From an uncultured Sulfurimonas sp. (GTDB lineage Bacteria > Campylobacterota > Campylobacteria > Campylobacterales > Sulfurimonadaceae), in NCBI GenBank assembly GCA_937914675.1, contig CALDOC010000326.1:1-49653 (forward strand): a DNA stretch of 49,653 bases, read 5' to 3'. The position numbers were made by a program, and so were the translations under genes. Shown one piece after another: positions 30,162 through 41,279 of this stretch. The notes under the pieces were generated by a model. That model ran no database searches. It was given only the letters and a program-made list of their open reading frames with translations, and was not told where the DNA came from. Position 1 is the stretch's first letter. Every line of letters starts with the position of its first letter.

Positions 30162-31368
30162 GATAGAGCCCCACCTTTGGACTCTCGATCGTTTTTATTT
30201 TACTCTCCCATATCGAAACGTTTTTTGGCTCCGCCGCGAACCCTCTTCTCTCTTCGCCAATGGGATAGACGAATATGGATTGAATTTCGTTTTTCAAGAG
30301 CGCCTTTACGAAGTTGACAAAATCTTTTCGTGGAGGCTCCCATGAGGGAACCAAAACGACGATCGCTCCCCTCAGCGTCGAGACCAAAGCGTTCTCCTCC
30401 TCAATGGGGACGTTTCCACCGGCGAGTTTTACGAGGGGAGCGCTTATCTTTTTGTTTTGAATCACGCCTTGCAACTCCTCTTGATTGTAGCTCCACCCTA
30501 TGAGGCAGTCAAAAGACGACTCTTCATGACTCTCTAAAAAAGTGAGACCCTCCGTCCGCTTCTCGTCGCGCTCGTGAAAGCTCTCGTCCGGGATGGTCGT
30601 GGTGATGTTTGGAACGGCGTCCAAAATGTTTTTTCTCAGAGCTTTGTCATATATCTTATGCGCCAAACATAGAAGAATCAATCGAGGCGCCACTCCATAA
30701 AACAAGAGCGCGAGCGCCAAAAACTTATACCAACTTTGCGAGATGAGACTCTTCTCCACGCTTTGCGACGCCATAAGGGGATTGGAGTAGTCGCTCCCTT
30801 GAATCATCTCGATGGATGGAACCGCGCTTGGAAGGTAACCGCTCCATGGAAGAGCTATCGCGTTTACGACGCTTTGCATGTAAGAGGCGTCGAGTATCGT
30901 GCTCTCCCATCCAAACGAAACGTATTTTCCAAGGAGAGTCATAAAGAGCGCCAAGAGCGTTCCAAAAAGAAGAGCCAAGGATCCCTGTTGAAGTCTGATG
31001 AAAATCAAACTTTTGAGTACGTCATGAGGGATCATCGAAGAGCTTTCAAAGAAAAACTTTGCGGCCCACTGTATGATACCGCTTTTGCTCGAAGGCTCGT
31101 TTGACAAAAGGGAAGTGAGCGAGTAGGCGAACGCGAAGAGCGACGCGAAAAAAGGAAGGGCGATAAAGAGAAAGAAAAAAAACGTCACGTTCACTTTCGC
31201 CGTGAGCAATCCAAATCCCATGCCCAATCCGGCGACGAACATGAAAAAAGTCACTACCCATAAGGAACGGCGCGCCTTTTTTTCTAAATTTTCCATCTCC
31301 GCGTTTGGCGAGCCTCCCAAAGGATGCTTTAATCGCAAATACTGTTCCAGCGTGGCTTTCTCAAACAT
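30154..31368 (-). CDS. DUF2868-like integral membrane protein
   Basis: About 4 TM segments; F.WEST.L, LPW, W..FL...LL.YG..PR, and C-terminal W.PP..D motifs. Paired with the GTPase as expected for DUF2868/DUF3482. Confidence 0.7.
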   Translation of the reverse strand: MFEKATLEQYLRLKHPLGGSPNAEMENLEKKARRSLWVVTFFMFVAGLGMGFGLLTAKVNVTFFFFLFIALPFFASLFAFAYSLTSLLSNEPSSKSGIIQWAAKFFFESSSMIPHDVLKSLIFIRLQQGSLALLFGTLLALFMTLLGKYVSFGWESTILDASYMQSVVNAIALPWSGYLPSAVPSIEMIQGSDYSNPLMASQSVEKSLISQSWYKFLALALLFYGVAPRLILLCLAHKIYDKALRKNILDAVPNITTTIPDESFHERDEKRTEGLTFLESHEESSFDCLIGWSYNQEELQGVIQNKKISAPLVKLAGGNVPIEEENALVSTLRGAIVVLVPSWEPPRKDFVNFVKALLKNEIQSIFVYPIGEERRGFAAEPKNVSIWESKIKTIESPKVGLYHE

Positions 31369-31380
31369 TTGTCATCTTAT

Positions 31381-33747
31381 TTATATCTCAACGGCGGATT
31401 TTGCAAGTTTCCCCCATGGAGAAGTTGGCTCCGCTTCCATTGATTCTTTATAAGCTTTTTTCGCGTCTTCGTCTCTCCATAGTTTAGAATATACCGTGCC
31501 TAGGAGATATTTTTGTCTCGCCCTTTGCGTTTTGTCAATACTAACGCCATCCAAGGACTTTATAGTCTCTAACGCTTTGTTAAAGTCTTCCATCTCCATA
31601 TAAACCTGATAAAGAGTAAACTCTACGAGAGGACTTTGTGGAAAGGCTTTGGCTTTTGTCTGGATCTCCATAGCGTAAGAACCATATTTGATAAGGAGAT
31701 TATTATCTTTATTGTCAAAACCTATTGTCATGACGGACACAAACCTGTCTAAATCTTTATAATTGACTCCAAACCTTTTCTCGATATCCATAATGGCTTT
31801 AATCATATTGTCGTTTTGCTCCAACCTTTGATACGTGTCAAAAATATCTCGGTAAACGTCTTCGTACGGTGATTCTTTCTCATCGCTTATGAGCGATATT
31901 AAATCTTTTGAAGCTTCAATGACGTCGCTATAGTTTCCAGTTGCAAAATCAACTTTTACATATCTGTAAAGCCATTTTTTTCTTAACTCTAGGTCGGAAG
32001 ATTTCAAATTTTTGCTTGAAATTAATTTTGCCAATGAGTAATCTCCCCCTTTCATGGCGCAATCATATAAACCGTCGTCCCATTTGTTTGATAGGGTAAT
32101 GTTGTAGTCATTGGAGATTCCAAGGGCTTCATGACATTTTTTCTTCTCCAACGCCTCTTCCATGACGCATATCGCCGAGTCTTTTATTATGCTTTCTATG
32201 TCCATGTATTTGGCGTCCTCCAACGCTAAAAGAGCCTCTTTCATATCCAAAACTTCATGACAAGCGTTAGACTCTAAAAGCAGTTTGGCTTTTTCGTACG
32301 TTGCCCTATCGCCAATGGCGTCATTTTGATAATCTTCCATCAAATTCTGATACTCTTGGAGCCTTATCGTTACGTTGGATTCATTAGTGTCAAAGAAAAG
32401 AGCGTCTTTTACCACCTGAATCTCATTAATGTAATCGCCGTCTGGATACTCTTTTACGTACTTGTTTATTGCCTCTAAAGCTTGAATTTTATCCTCTGTT
32501 TTAGAGAGCCACAACGCCCTTTCTTTTAGTAAAACTTCATATTCGTCATTCTGTTTAGTCATAGCGTCGCTAAGAGCTTTCGCCATGGCCGACGCGGTTA
32601 GATAATCTTCTCTATCCCCAAACACATGCATCATGTCAATTGACGTTTTTAAATCGTTCATTAAAAAATCTGGTTTCGCGTTTAAAATTTTCATCATATA
32701 TTCTGAGGCGCTCCTGTGAGAAGAAGCGATATTCATGTGAGCTAAAAAATAGGCCGCGGTCGCGCCAAGAGTCAAATCCTCCGTTTCATTAAGAGCTTTT
32801 TTATAAAAAGCCGTAGCGGCCGTCGTCCCGCCTGAGGCTTCAAACATTTCACCCTTATAAATGTACCCCCATTGCGTAAAAATGGACTTTTCATGTTCGC
32901 TAAACAAGCGATCGAAAAAGTAGTCCGCGTCCGTGTTTAAACCAATTTTTGAATACGCCTTCGCAGTCAAAGAAAGAACTTCGGGTATATTTTCATCTGA
33001 TGAATATTCTCTTAAATAAACTTTGGAAATATCAATTACGTTATCGCTATCTTCTAATTTTGAATAGGCTTTTATCTTATAATAAAGCAATTCCGCTTTA
33101 AACAAAGAGTTTGGATAATCGAGAAGAACCTCGTCTATAAGTTCCAATATTTTATCGTATTCTTTAGAGTTGAAATATTTTTTTATTTTTAAATACTCGG
33201 TCACGTCTTCAACTTTTTGAATGTATACGGGGTTGCCTTTAATATCTAAACTTCCGACAAAAGGAAGATTGTCTTTATCTAAATAAAATGGAAAATTAAT
33301 CCCTAATTGATTTTCCACTTTACTATGAATGAGTGGCAGTTTCTCTTTGTAGCCAATAATCATCCAATGTTTCGCTATCGATACCGATGGCTGATAGGTA
33401 GTGTTTTCGTCATTTAAATTGAATATAACGGGGAGAAGTTCAATTTTTTGGAGAGGGGTGATAATTAAAAAAAACGTTTTATTTTTTATTATTGAGTTGA
33501 TTTCAAAAAAATCATTTTGCAATTTTTTTATGCTTTGAGTTGGTTGTTTTGAATAAGCGCAAACTATTTTTATAACTCTATTGAAATCATCGGTAATCTC
33601 TTGACAGGCAAATTCCGAACTATCTTTTAAATGAAGTATGGAGTATCTTTGATGATCCTCTCTCGCGCTATTTATCGATATTTCAAGCGCGAAGAGAGAC
33701 GAGGAAGCTTGCATAAGCAAGAGAAGAGAAAATATCCACTTTAACAA
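31381..33747 (-). CDS. pflA: Paralysed-flagellum protein PflA (signal peptide plus TPR array)
   Basis: 788 aa, signal peptide, YSILHL.D...F.C, TPR repeats, C-terminal SPWGKL; directly after nuoN, as in Campylobacter. Confidence 0.8.
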   Translation of the reverse strand: MLKWIFSLLLLMQASSSLFALEISINSAREDHQRYSILHLKDSSEFACQEITDDFNRVIKIVCAYSKQPTQSIKKLQNDFFEINSIIKNKTFFLIITPLQKIELLPVIFNLNDENTTYQPSVSIAKHWMIIGYKEKLPLIHSKVENQLGINFPFYLDKDNLPFVGSLDIKGNPVYIQKVEDVTEYLKIKKYFNSKEYDKILELIDEVLLDYPNSLFKAELLYYKIKAYSKLEDSDNVIDISKVYLREYSSDENIPEVLSLTAKAYSKIGLNTDADYFFDRLFSEHEKSIFTQWGYIYKGEMFEASGGTTAATAFYKKALNETEDLTLGATAAYFLAHMNIASSHRSASEYMMKILNAKPDFLMNDLKTSIDMMHVFGDREDYLTASAMAKALSDAMTKQNDEYEVLLKERALWLSKTEDKIQALEAINKYVKEYPDGDYINEIQVVKDALFFDTNESNVTIRLQEYQNLMEDYQNDAIGDRATYEKAKLLLESNACHEVLDMKEALLALEDAKYMDIESIIKDSAICVMEEALEKKKCHEALGISNDYNITLSNKWDDGLYDCAMKGGDYSLAKLISSKNLKSSDLELRKKWLYRYVKVDFATGNYSDVIEASKDLISLISDEKESPYEDVYRDIFDTYQRLEQNDNMIKAIMDIEKRFGVNYKDLDRFVSVMTIGFDNKDNNLLIKYGSYAMEIQTKAKAFPQSPLVEFTLYQVYMEMEDFNKALETIKSLDGVSIDKTQRARQKYLLGTVYSKLWRDEDAKKAYKESMEAEPTSPWGKLAKSAVEI

Positions 33748-33774
33748 ATCTCCTCTCCTTAATTTAACTAACTA

Positions 33775-35283
33775 TTAATATCCACTGTTGTAAACGAAAG
33801 CCGTAACAAACTCAAGTAATGGGTTTATCGCTACAAAAGCGAATATGGTTCCCATGGCCGCGATTCCAATAATTGTTTTAAGCGCAAGCGTGGCGTTTCC
33901 AGAATATACGTCGCCACCGTTTGGATCAATTGGTTCTCTCATTAGCATATACACCACCAATTTAAGATAGTAATAACCAGCAATGGCGGAGTTGAGAGCC
34001 ATGATTAAAGCAAGAACCGTATAACCGGCGGAGACTGCGGAACCTATCATGTACAACTTACCCCAAAAGAGAGCGAATGGAGGGACTCCCGCTAAAGAAA
34101 GCATAAAGAGAGTCATAATCGTAGCCGCCACTGGAGACGTTTGTATCATACCTGCAAATTTACTATAACTATGGTCGCTTGATTGATAGTCTGGCAAAGA
34201 TTTTTGACGGCTTATCCAAAGCATTGAGAATGAGCCGAGATTAGTAAACGCGAATAGTATCCAATAAAGAAACAGAGCCGAATTTGATTGCGTCGTGCCT
34301 ATCATAACGGCAGCCATAACGAAACCCGCATGAGAGATTGAACTGTAGGCGAGCATGCGTTTCACGTCGGTTTGCACAAGCGCCCACATGTTTGCGGCAG
34401 TCATTGTGATTACAACAACTGCGTAAAGGATTATTTCCAACCAAACAACGCCACTATGAATTAAAAATTCGAATATTCTCATAGCTACGATAAAACCCGC
34501 TATTTTTGGAACTATCGACATGTACCCAGCCATAGCCGCGCTAGAACCCTCGTAAACGTCTGGAGCCCAAGTATGAAATGGCACCAAAGAAACTTTAAAT
34601 CCAATAGCGGCAAGTAAAAACACCGTTCCTACAAGGACGTATCCCATATCAACGTAATTGTTAGCGGCTAATACCGTAGCGATTTGATTTATTTCCACCG
34701 AACCCGTCAGCGCGTAAAAGACCATGGAACCAAAACTAAAGAAACCAGCGGCTAAGGCGCCCATGGTAAAATACTTAACGGCCGCTTCAAATGATTTGTC
34801 GCGGTTGTGCATTGCGATTATTGTATAAAGCGCTAAAGAAGCGGTTTCAAGTCCTACAAAAACAAGGATTAAGTTATCAGTCGCCACCATGAATTGGAAG
34901 CCACTAATCATAAATAAAAAGAGCGCAAAAAATTCAGGGTATGAAAATTCATGAAAACGTTTGTGAGTAAGCGCTAAAGGAATAAAAAGCAGAGAAGCCC
35001 CAACAATTATAAACTGCGATAGTATCGCTAAACCGTCTATTAGCATTACGTCAAACGCGCCCATCATAGTTCCGCTAACGGAAAAAACGTCTGAAGCGTT
35101 AAACAGCGAACCTAAGTCCATAAGGATAAAAAGCATGCTTAAAACCACGTAAAGAGTTTTGTCAAGCCCACCTTTTATCGTATCGATTACTATTATTAAC
35201 AACGCTCCAACAATTGGAATTAGCATAGGCGCTAGAGTCGTTAAGTTTAAAGACTCCAAAGAAACATTTATTGGCTCTAACAT
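33775..35283 (-). CDS. nuoN: NADH-quinone oxidoreductase subunit N
   Basis: [38 protein letters not shown]. Confidence 0.96.
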   Translation of the reverse strand: MLEPINVSLESLNLTTLAPMLIPIVGALLIIVIDTIKGGLDKTLYVVLSMLFILMDLGSLFNASDVFSVSGTMMGAFDVMLIDGLAILSQFIIVGASLLFIPLALTHKRFHEFSYPEFFALFLFMISGFQFMVATDNLILVFVGLETASLALYTIIAMHNRDKSFEAAVKYFTMGALAAGFFSFGSMVFYALTGSVEINQIATVLAANNYVDMGYVLVGTVFLLAAIGFKVSLVPFHTWAPDVYEGSSAAMAGYMSIVPKIAGFIVAMRIFEFLIHSGVVWLEIILYAVVVITMTAANMWALVQTDVKRMLAYSSISHAGFVMAAVMIGTTQSNSALFLYWILFAFTNLGSFSMLWISRQKSLPDYQSSDHSYSKFAGMIQTSPVAATIMTLFMLSLAGVPPFALFWGKLYMIGSAVSAGYTVLALIMALNSAIAGYYYLKLVVYMLMREPIDPNGGDVYSGNATLALKTIIGIAAMGTIFAFVAINPLLEFVTAFVYNSGY

Positions 35284-36836
35284 TAGTTTGCCTCCTCTAT
35301 TGAACTTACTGGAATGGCCATGTCTTTAAGAGGACTTGGTATTCTCATTTTTGCTTCATGCGTCTGAGCTTTGTCATGCATAAGTTGCACGATTGTTTCA
35401 ACGCTATTGTTAATTGGGTCTAAAATTGGTTTAGGATAAATACCTAACCAAATAGCGATTATTACCAATGGAATCAAAGCTAGAAGCTCTTTTTTGTTTA
35501 CGTCTGGAAGATTTTTATTCTCTTCATGAGTCACTTGGCCAAAGAAGATTTTCTTGTACGCCGCCAACATATAAATAGCGCCAACAATAATCCCCACACC
35601 GGCAAGAAGCGTCAAAATTTGTGATTGCTTAAAGAATCCAAGCAAACTTAAGAACTCGCCAACGAAGTTAATGGTAAGCGGCATACCAACCGAAGCCATC
35701 ATCATAACGCCAAATATAGTGGCGTAACGAGGCATGACATGAGCCAAACCACCAAAATCAGCCATCATTTTCGTATGGCGTCTGTCATATATGACGCCAA
35801 CAAGGAAGAACAGCGCTCCAGCTACAACCCCATGCCCAAGCATTAAAAAGATTGATCCAGTAACGCCCTCAACGTTTAAAGCGAACGTACCAATGATAAT
35901 GATACCCATGTGAGAGATGGAACTATAAGCGATTACTTGTTTTATGTCTTTTTGAGCGTAAGCGACCATTGCCGTGTAAATAACCATGATTATCGCTAAT
36001 ACCGCGATTGGATACATGAAGAATACTGAAGCGTCTGGAAATAGTGGCAATGAAAAACGGATAAAAGCGTACGTACCCATTTTAAGCAGAATTGCAGCTA
36101 ATATTACAGAACCGATAGTCGGAGCTTGACCATGCGCGTATGGCAGCCATGTATGGAATGGAAACATAGGAACTTTAATGGCAAAGCCCATAAAGAACGC
36201 CGCAAATAACCATAATTGAAAATTTTCAGGCAGTATGAGTCTATACCAATCCAATATTGCGAAACTCCATTGACCCGTAGCTTGATAGTAAAAATACGCC
36301 ATAAACAGCATACCCACAAGCATAACGAGAGAACCCGTAAAGGTATATAAGAAGAACTTGATTGAAGCGTATATGCGTAAAGGTCCACCCCACGCGCCAA
36401 TGATATAAAGCATTGGCACAAGAGAAAGTTCCCAGAATAAATAAAAGACTATAGCGTCAAGAGCGGCGAACACTCCAGACATAGTCATCTGTAACATAAG
36501 TAACGTAATTATCATGTTCTTAATATTTTTCATCTCTCCCAACGAAGCTATTCCAAGCATGGTAAAGAAAGTTGAAAGAATGATAATAAATATAGAAATT
36601 CCATCTACGCCTAAAGTATAATTGATTCCAAAAGCGGGAATTAAAGGAACGCTTTCCATAAACTGCATGCCTGCCACTCCACCGTCAAACGCGAACCACA
36701 TCCATAACGATAAAACAAACTCTATAACCGATACGGTAATTCCGTAAGCTCTAATGCTATCTTTATGTATCATTACTCCAAATAGCGCCGCCACTACTGG
36801 AAAAAATATTAATATTGATAAAATATGATCAACCAT
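35283..36836 (-). CDS. nuoM: NADH-quinone oxidoreductase subunit M
   Basis: [41 protein letters not shown]. Confidence 0.96.
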   Translation of the reverse strand: MVDHILSILIFFPVVAALFGVMIHKDSIRAYGITVSVIEFVLSLWMWFAFDGGVAGMQFMESVPLIPAFGINYTLGVDGISIFIIILSTFFTMLGIASLGEMKNIKNMIITLLMLQMTMSGVFAALDAIVFYLFWELSLVPMLYIIGAWGGPLRIYASIKFFLYTFTGSLVMLVGMLFMAYFYYQATGQWSFAILDWYRLILPENFQLWLFAAFFMGFAIKVPMFPFHTWLPYAHGQAPTIGSVILAAILLKMGTYAFIRFSLPLFPDASVFFMYPIAVLAIIMVIYTAMVAYAQKDIKQVIAYSSISHMGIIIIGTFALNVEGVTGSIFLMLGHGVVAGALFFLVGVIYDRRHTKMMADFGGLAHVMPRYATIFGVMMMASVGMPLTINFVGEFLSLLGFFKQSQILTLLAGVGIIVGAIYMLAAYKKIFFGQVTHEENKNLPDVNKKELLALIPLVIIAIWLGIYPKPILDPINNSVETIVQLMHDKAQTHEAKMRIPSPLKDMAIPVSSIEEAN

Positions 36837-36839
36837 TTG

Positions 36840-38762
36840 CTAAACTCCTAAACCTGATAAAATCGCTAAGATTTCACCAGAATATCTAACTGCCAGTCCA
36901 AAAACCACAGCTAACGACAACAGTCCAATCGTACCTGCCACCATCCATTTTAACATCGTAGATAAATTTCCACTCTGCATTGTTCTCGTTGCCTCACCCG
37001 TGCCATAAACTATACCGGCAATGCCATCAACGGTCGCGTCGACGATTTTCATGTCAACGTGAGTCCAGAAAATATCCGACAATTCTCTATATGGAGTCAC
37101 CAAATAAGTTTCATAAGCGTAAGGAACGTAGTATTGGTTTAATAATAATTTATACATAAAACTATTTTCCATTTTAGAAGTTCCATCTGGTACGGTAATT
37201 TTAGAATCCGTATATTTTTTGTAAGCGTACATAATTGAAAGAGCCACAAAAACTTGCGTGCCTATGGTCATAATCCAATAAACAAGATGATTATGTATAT
37301 GGTACTCGGTTGATGGCAACATCTCGATTATCATCTCATAATACGTGCCTTTTAATGAACCCGCGATTATTGCAAGAAGCAAAAGAGGGCTCATGCCAAC
37401 TAGCATAAATTTATACGCTTCATGTGGATGAATGCCGAAAAGTTTGTATCTATCTTCACCGTGAAAAATAAGCGCGACAAGTCTAAATGAATAAAAAGCG
37501 GTTAAACCTGCGGTAAACAATAATACGGAGTAGATAATAAAGTGATGCTCAACGAAAGCGGCCTCCAATATGGCGTCTTTAGAGAAGAAACCAGCGAGTG
37601 GAAATATACCAGCCAACGCGATTGAAGCGAGAGTCATCATGATAAACGTGCCCTTCATAACCTTTCTAAGTCCACCCATTTTAAATGGATCAAGTTCGTC
37701 ATGCATAGCATGCATGACGTTACCCGCGCCAAGGAAAAGAAGCGCTTTAAAGAACGCGTGAGCCATAAGGTGAAACAACGCGACCCAGTAAGCGCCTAGA
37801 CCAGCAGCCGCAAACATATAACCAAGTTGCGAAAGAGTCGAATACGCGATAATTCTCTTCATGTCGCGATTGACAAGCGCCATGCTCGCCGCGAATAGCG
37901 CTACGAAAGCGCCAAGACTAGCTATGAAAAGTCCAATATGAGGAATTAAGTCGTAAAGTTCATTTGAACGAATAACAAGATAAACCCCCGCCGTAACCAT
38001 GGTAGCCGCATGAATAAGCGCTGAAACCGGAGTAGGACCTTCCATCGCGTCCGCGAGCCAAGTATGTAACGGAAATTGAGCCGATTTACCCATAGCTCCG
38101 ATGAAAAGGAAGATTCCTATCCAAGTAAGAGTATCGGTATCCAAGGAGTGAAACGCCGCGAAAGATTCGGCGTATTGAAGCGTTCCCGTGTTCCAGTAAA
38201 TGAGGAATATCCCAACAAGCATTCCAAGGTCGGCGATACGGTTCATAATAAACGCTTCGTTAGCCGCCCAAGTCGCGCTCTCTTTGTGAAACCAAAAACC
38301 GATAAGCAACCATGAACAAAGACCGACGCCTTCCCAACCTATGAAAAGCCCAGCGTAATTGTCGCTCATGACGAGAATCATCATTGAAAAAACGAACGCC
38401 GAAAGATATGAGAAAAATCTATTGTAACCTTTGTCATGATCCATATAACCAATAGAGTAAATATGAACGATAGTCGAAACGAGAGTCACGACCATCATCA
38501 TAGTTACGGAAACTTGGTCAACCACAAAACCAAATGGAATGTAAAGATCGCCAGTGGCCATCCAAGTCATCATCTCCACGTGAACGGCTTCGCCACCTTT
38601 GAGTATATGAGTTAAAAGCACGCTACTACTTACAAACGCCGCAAATATTAACAGAGAAGCGACAATTCCAGTAAACGTCTTCTTTGGAGTCGCCGTGAAA
38701 AGCGCGGAGAACAGAGAACTAGCAAGAGGAGCGAAAAGCGCTACGTATAAGTATATTTCCAT
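36840..38762 (-). CDS. nuoL: NADH-quinone oxidoreductase subunit L
   Basis: GWEGVGLCS, GKSAQFPLHTWLADAMEGPTPVSALIHAATMV, HAFFKALLFL. Confidence 0.97.
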   Translation of the reverse strand: MEIYLYVALFAPLASSLFSALFTATPKKTFTGIVASLLIFAAFVSSSVLLTHILKGGEAVHVEMMTWMATGDLYIPFGFVVDQVSVTMMMVVTLVSTIVHIYSIGYMDHDKGYNRFFSYLSAFVFSMMILVMSDNYAGLFIGWEGVGLCSWLLIGFWFHKESATWAANEAFIMNRIADLGMLVGIFLIYWNTGTLQYAESFAAFHSLDTDTLTWIGIFLFIGAMGKSAQFPLHTWLADAMEGPTPVSALIHAATMVTAGVYLVIRSNELYDLIPHIGLFIASLGAFVALFAASMALVNRDMKRIIAYSTLSQLGYMFAAAGLGAYWVALFHLMAHAFFKALLFLGAGNVMHAMHDELDPFKMGGLRKVMKGTFIMMTLASIALAGIFPLAGFFSKDAILEAAFVEHHFIIYSVLLFTAGLTAFYSFRLVALIFHGEDRYKLFGIHPHEAYKFMLVGMSPLLLLAIIAGSLKGTYYEMIIEMLPSTEYHIHNHLVYWIMTIGTQVFVALSIMYAYKKYTDSKITVPDGTSKMENSFMYKLLLNQYYVPYAYETYLVTPYRELSDIFWTHVDMKIVDATVDGIAGIVYGTGEATRTMQSGNLSTMLKWMVAGTIGLLSLAVVFGLAVRYSGEILAILSGLGV

Positions 38763-38765
38763 TCT

Positions 38766-39074
38766 CTATCCTTTCATCGTTGCTAAATTATCGAGGTCGA
38801 TTGAACCGTGGCGTTTGTACCATACGATTAAAAGTCCCAATCCAACAGCCACTTCCGAAGCCGCGATCGCGATTACAAAAAACGCAAACATCTGTCCAGT
38901 CAAGTCGCCGTAATAGTGTGAAATCGCGGCAAACGCGATATTTACGGAGTTTAGTAATATCTCAGTCGCGAAAAACAATAAAAGAAGGTTCTTTCTGCGC
39001 ATCACGCCCACTAAACCAATAGCGAACAGAATTGAAGAGAGAACAAGATAGTGATTTAAACCAATTTCCATCAT
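38766..39074 (-). CDS. nuoK: NADH-quinone oxidoreductase subunit K
   Basis: 3 TM segments, EILLN, AASEVAVGL. Confidence 0.95.
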   Translation of the reverse strand: MMEIGLNHYLVLSSILFAIGLVGVMRRKNLLLLFFATEILLNSVNIAFAAISHYYGDLTGQMFAFFVIAIAASEVAVGLGLLIVWYKRHGSIDLDNLATMKG

Positions 39075-39646
39075 GACAACGCCTTTTTAATTGTTTCGTT
39101 TTTCATTTCAGCAATCTCTTGCGCGTTCATAAGAGTAAGGGACGCGTCCATTTTTTTACCAGCCAAAACAATTCCAGAAATCATAGCGACCAAAAGCATT
39201 ACCGCGGCAAGTTCAAATGGAATAAGATACTTAGTGAAAAGAACCATCCCGACTTCTTGAGTGTTGCCAATATCCCCTACGCTTGGATAAAGCGCCGTAA
39301 TATTAGTGGAGAGCATTGGAGCGGAGAAGATTAAAACAATCAATACCGCCGCTATCGTACTCATGCCCACAACCAAAAACTTGTTGCCCTGCTTTTCTTT
39401 AACCGCTCTCGTCGTATCAAAAAACATCATTCCAAACGCGTAAAGAGCCATAACCGCTCCCGTATAAACAATAATCTGTATTGCACCTAAAAAATCAGCG
39501 CCTAGTATAAAGAAAAACGCCGATATAAAAATCATTCCCGCCGCTAACGCGGTCAACGCATATAACGCTTGTGACGATGTTACCACTATGAAAAACATCG
39601 AAATCGTTAAAAACGCAAATAAGTAAAACGCTACCGCTTCAAACAT
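39071..39646 (-). CDS. nuoJ: NADH-quinone oxidoreductase subunit J
   Basis: QIIVYTGAV, YLIPFELAAVMLLVAM. Confidence 0.93.
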   Translation of the reverse strand: MFEAVAFYLFAFLTISMFFIVVTSSQALYALTALAAGMIFISAFFFILGADFLGAIQIIVYTGAVMALYAFGMMFFDTTRAVKEKQGNKFLVVGMSTIAAVLIVLIFSAPMLSTNITALYPSVGDIGNTQEVGMVLFTKYLIPFELAAVMLLVAMISGIVLAGKKMDASLTLMNAQEIAEMKNETIKKALS

Positions 39647-39658
39647 AATCTAAACTCC

Positions 39659-40276
39659 TTAATACGCTAGAGGCGTTTTTTTAACGCGCGCGTCTTCATG
39701 TGGCGTGATCGCGCCAAAACCTTCAAACTCAACCTGAGCCCCGGCTTTCATTACGTCTATCGGAGTTAGCATATCTTCATACATGATGAAATGCTCTCTC
39801 TGCTCTGAACCATTTTCATACTCGCCACCATGAGTAATCGCAAGTTCTGGACAAACCTCCGCGCAATAACCGCAAAAGATGCAGCGCCCAAGATTGATGG
39901 TGTACGATGAAACTTCTTTACGAGAATTTTCGTCTATCTTAGTATCCATGCGAATACAATCGGATATGCAAATTTTCTCACAAAGTCCACATCCGATGCA
40001 TCTCTCCGCGTCAGACTCCCAAAGCCTCTTCATCTCGTGCATCGCTCTGTAACGTGGTCCGATTGGCATCTTCTCTTGAGGATACTGAATGGTGTGTACG
40101 TCAAACTTGACCATCTCTCTCATGACGACCCAAAGACCAACGAAAAGCTCGCCTCTAAACGTTCTCTTCACCACGCGCTTGAATTTACCCCAACCATCGG
40201 TAGGATAATCTTCAATGTCAACCAAGTAGTATCCGTTCTCGGACACGTTTCTGTTGTTAAATTGTTCCATTTTCAT
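39659..40276 (-). CDS. nuoI: NADH-quinone oxidoreductase subunit I
   Basis: TIQYP.E, CIGCGLCEKIC and CIFCGYCAEVCP ferredoxin motifs. Confidence 0.95.
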   Translation of the reverse strand: MKMEQFNNRNVSENGYYLVDIEDYPTDGWGKFKRVVKRTFRGELFVGLWVVMREMVKFDVHTIQYPQEKMPIGPRYRAMHEMKRLWESDAERCIGCGLCEKICISDCIRMDTKIDENSRKEVSSYTINLGRCIFCGYCAEVCPELAITHGGEYENGSEQREHFIMYEDMLTPIDVMKAGAQVEFEGFGAITPHEDARVKKTPLAY

Positions 40277-40286
40277 TCATATCCCC

Positions 40287-41276
40287 TTAATACATCATCA
40301 CTAAACCAGTGATAACAACGTTTATCACCGCGAGTGGCATAAGCACTTTCCAACACAACCACATAAGTTGATCTGGTCTAACGTCTGGCCACGCGGCTCT
40401 CGTCCATAAGAAAAAGAAGAAGAAAAACGCCATCTTGCCCAGTAAAGCGAAAGCTCCCAAAACGCTACCATCGCCAAAACCACCTAAGAAAAGGATTGGA
40501 ATCACGAACGATATAAAAAACATGTTCGCGTACTCGCCGATGAAGAAAAGACCCCATCTCATACCAGAGTACTCGGTTCCAAAACCATCGATAATTTCAT
40601 GGTCGTTTGCTATAAGGTGAAATGGAGTACGTCCAGTTTCAGCAAACGCCGCTATCCAAAAAAGTATGAACGCGACTGGCTGAGACCAAACGATCCAGTT
40701 GCCGATTCCACCAGCTTGATAGTTGTTGAAATCAATCAAAGAGAGTGAACCAACCATCATAATTGGAGCAAGAGCGGATAAACCGCTAACAACCTCGTAT
40801 GAGATAAAAACAGCGGCGGCGCGAGCGGCTGAAAGTAAAGCGAACTTATTCGCCGAAGCCATACCACCTAAAAGTGGTCCAAACAAACCGACTGCCATAA
40901 CGCCCAAGATGTACAATATGCCTATGTTTACGTCGGCTACGATTGGATGAACCGTATATCCAAAAATCGTAAACTGTGGTAAAAATGGAATAGCGGCCGA
41001 AGCTATAAACGCGGTAGCCGCCGTTATGACTGGAGCTATTTTAAAGATGGGGGCTACAACGTTCGTAGGGATAATATCTTCTTTTGTAAACAGCTTCACG
41101 CCATCCGCCGCAACTTGTAAAAGTCCATAAGGACCTACGTTCATGGGTCCTAAACGACGTTGCATAAACGCAAGTATTTTACGCTCAAAGTACGTACCAA
41201 TACCCGCTAAAGCGGAAAATACCAGTAGAATAACAACGACTTTTATAACCGTTTCTATTAAATATGCAGTATCCAT
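40287..41276 (-). CDS. nuoH: NADH-quinone oxidoreductase subunit H
   Basis: ERKILAFMQRRLGP, ADGVKLFTKED, SYE, AETGRTPF, EYSG. Confidence 0.96.
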   Translation of the reverse strand: MDTAYLIETVIKVVVILLVFSALAGIGTYFERKILAFMQRRLGPMNVGPYGLLQVAADGVKLFTKEDIIPTNVVAPIFKIAPVITAATAFIASAAIPFLPQFTIFGYTVHPIVADVNIGILYILGVMAVGLFGPLLGGMASANKFALLSAARAAAVFISYEVVSGLSALAPIMMVGSLSLIDFNNYQAGGIGNWIVWSQPVAFILFWIAAFAETGRTPFHLIANDHEIIDGFGTEYSGMRWGLFFIGEYANMFFISFVIPILFLGGFGDGSVLGAFALLGKMAFFFFFFLWTRAAWPDVRPDQLMWLCWKVLMPLAVINVVITGLVMMY

Positions 41277-41279
41277 ATA

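Noticed and set aside
20451-31382. TCTTATTT at both 20451-20458 and 31375-31382, flanking the accessory block
   Set aside because: An 8-bp AT-rich match is expected by chance here, and no integrase or transposase supports an att site or target duplication.
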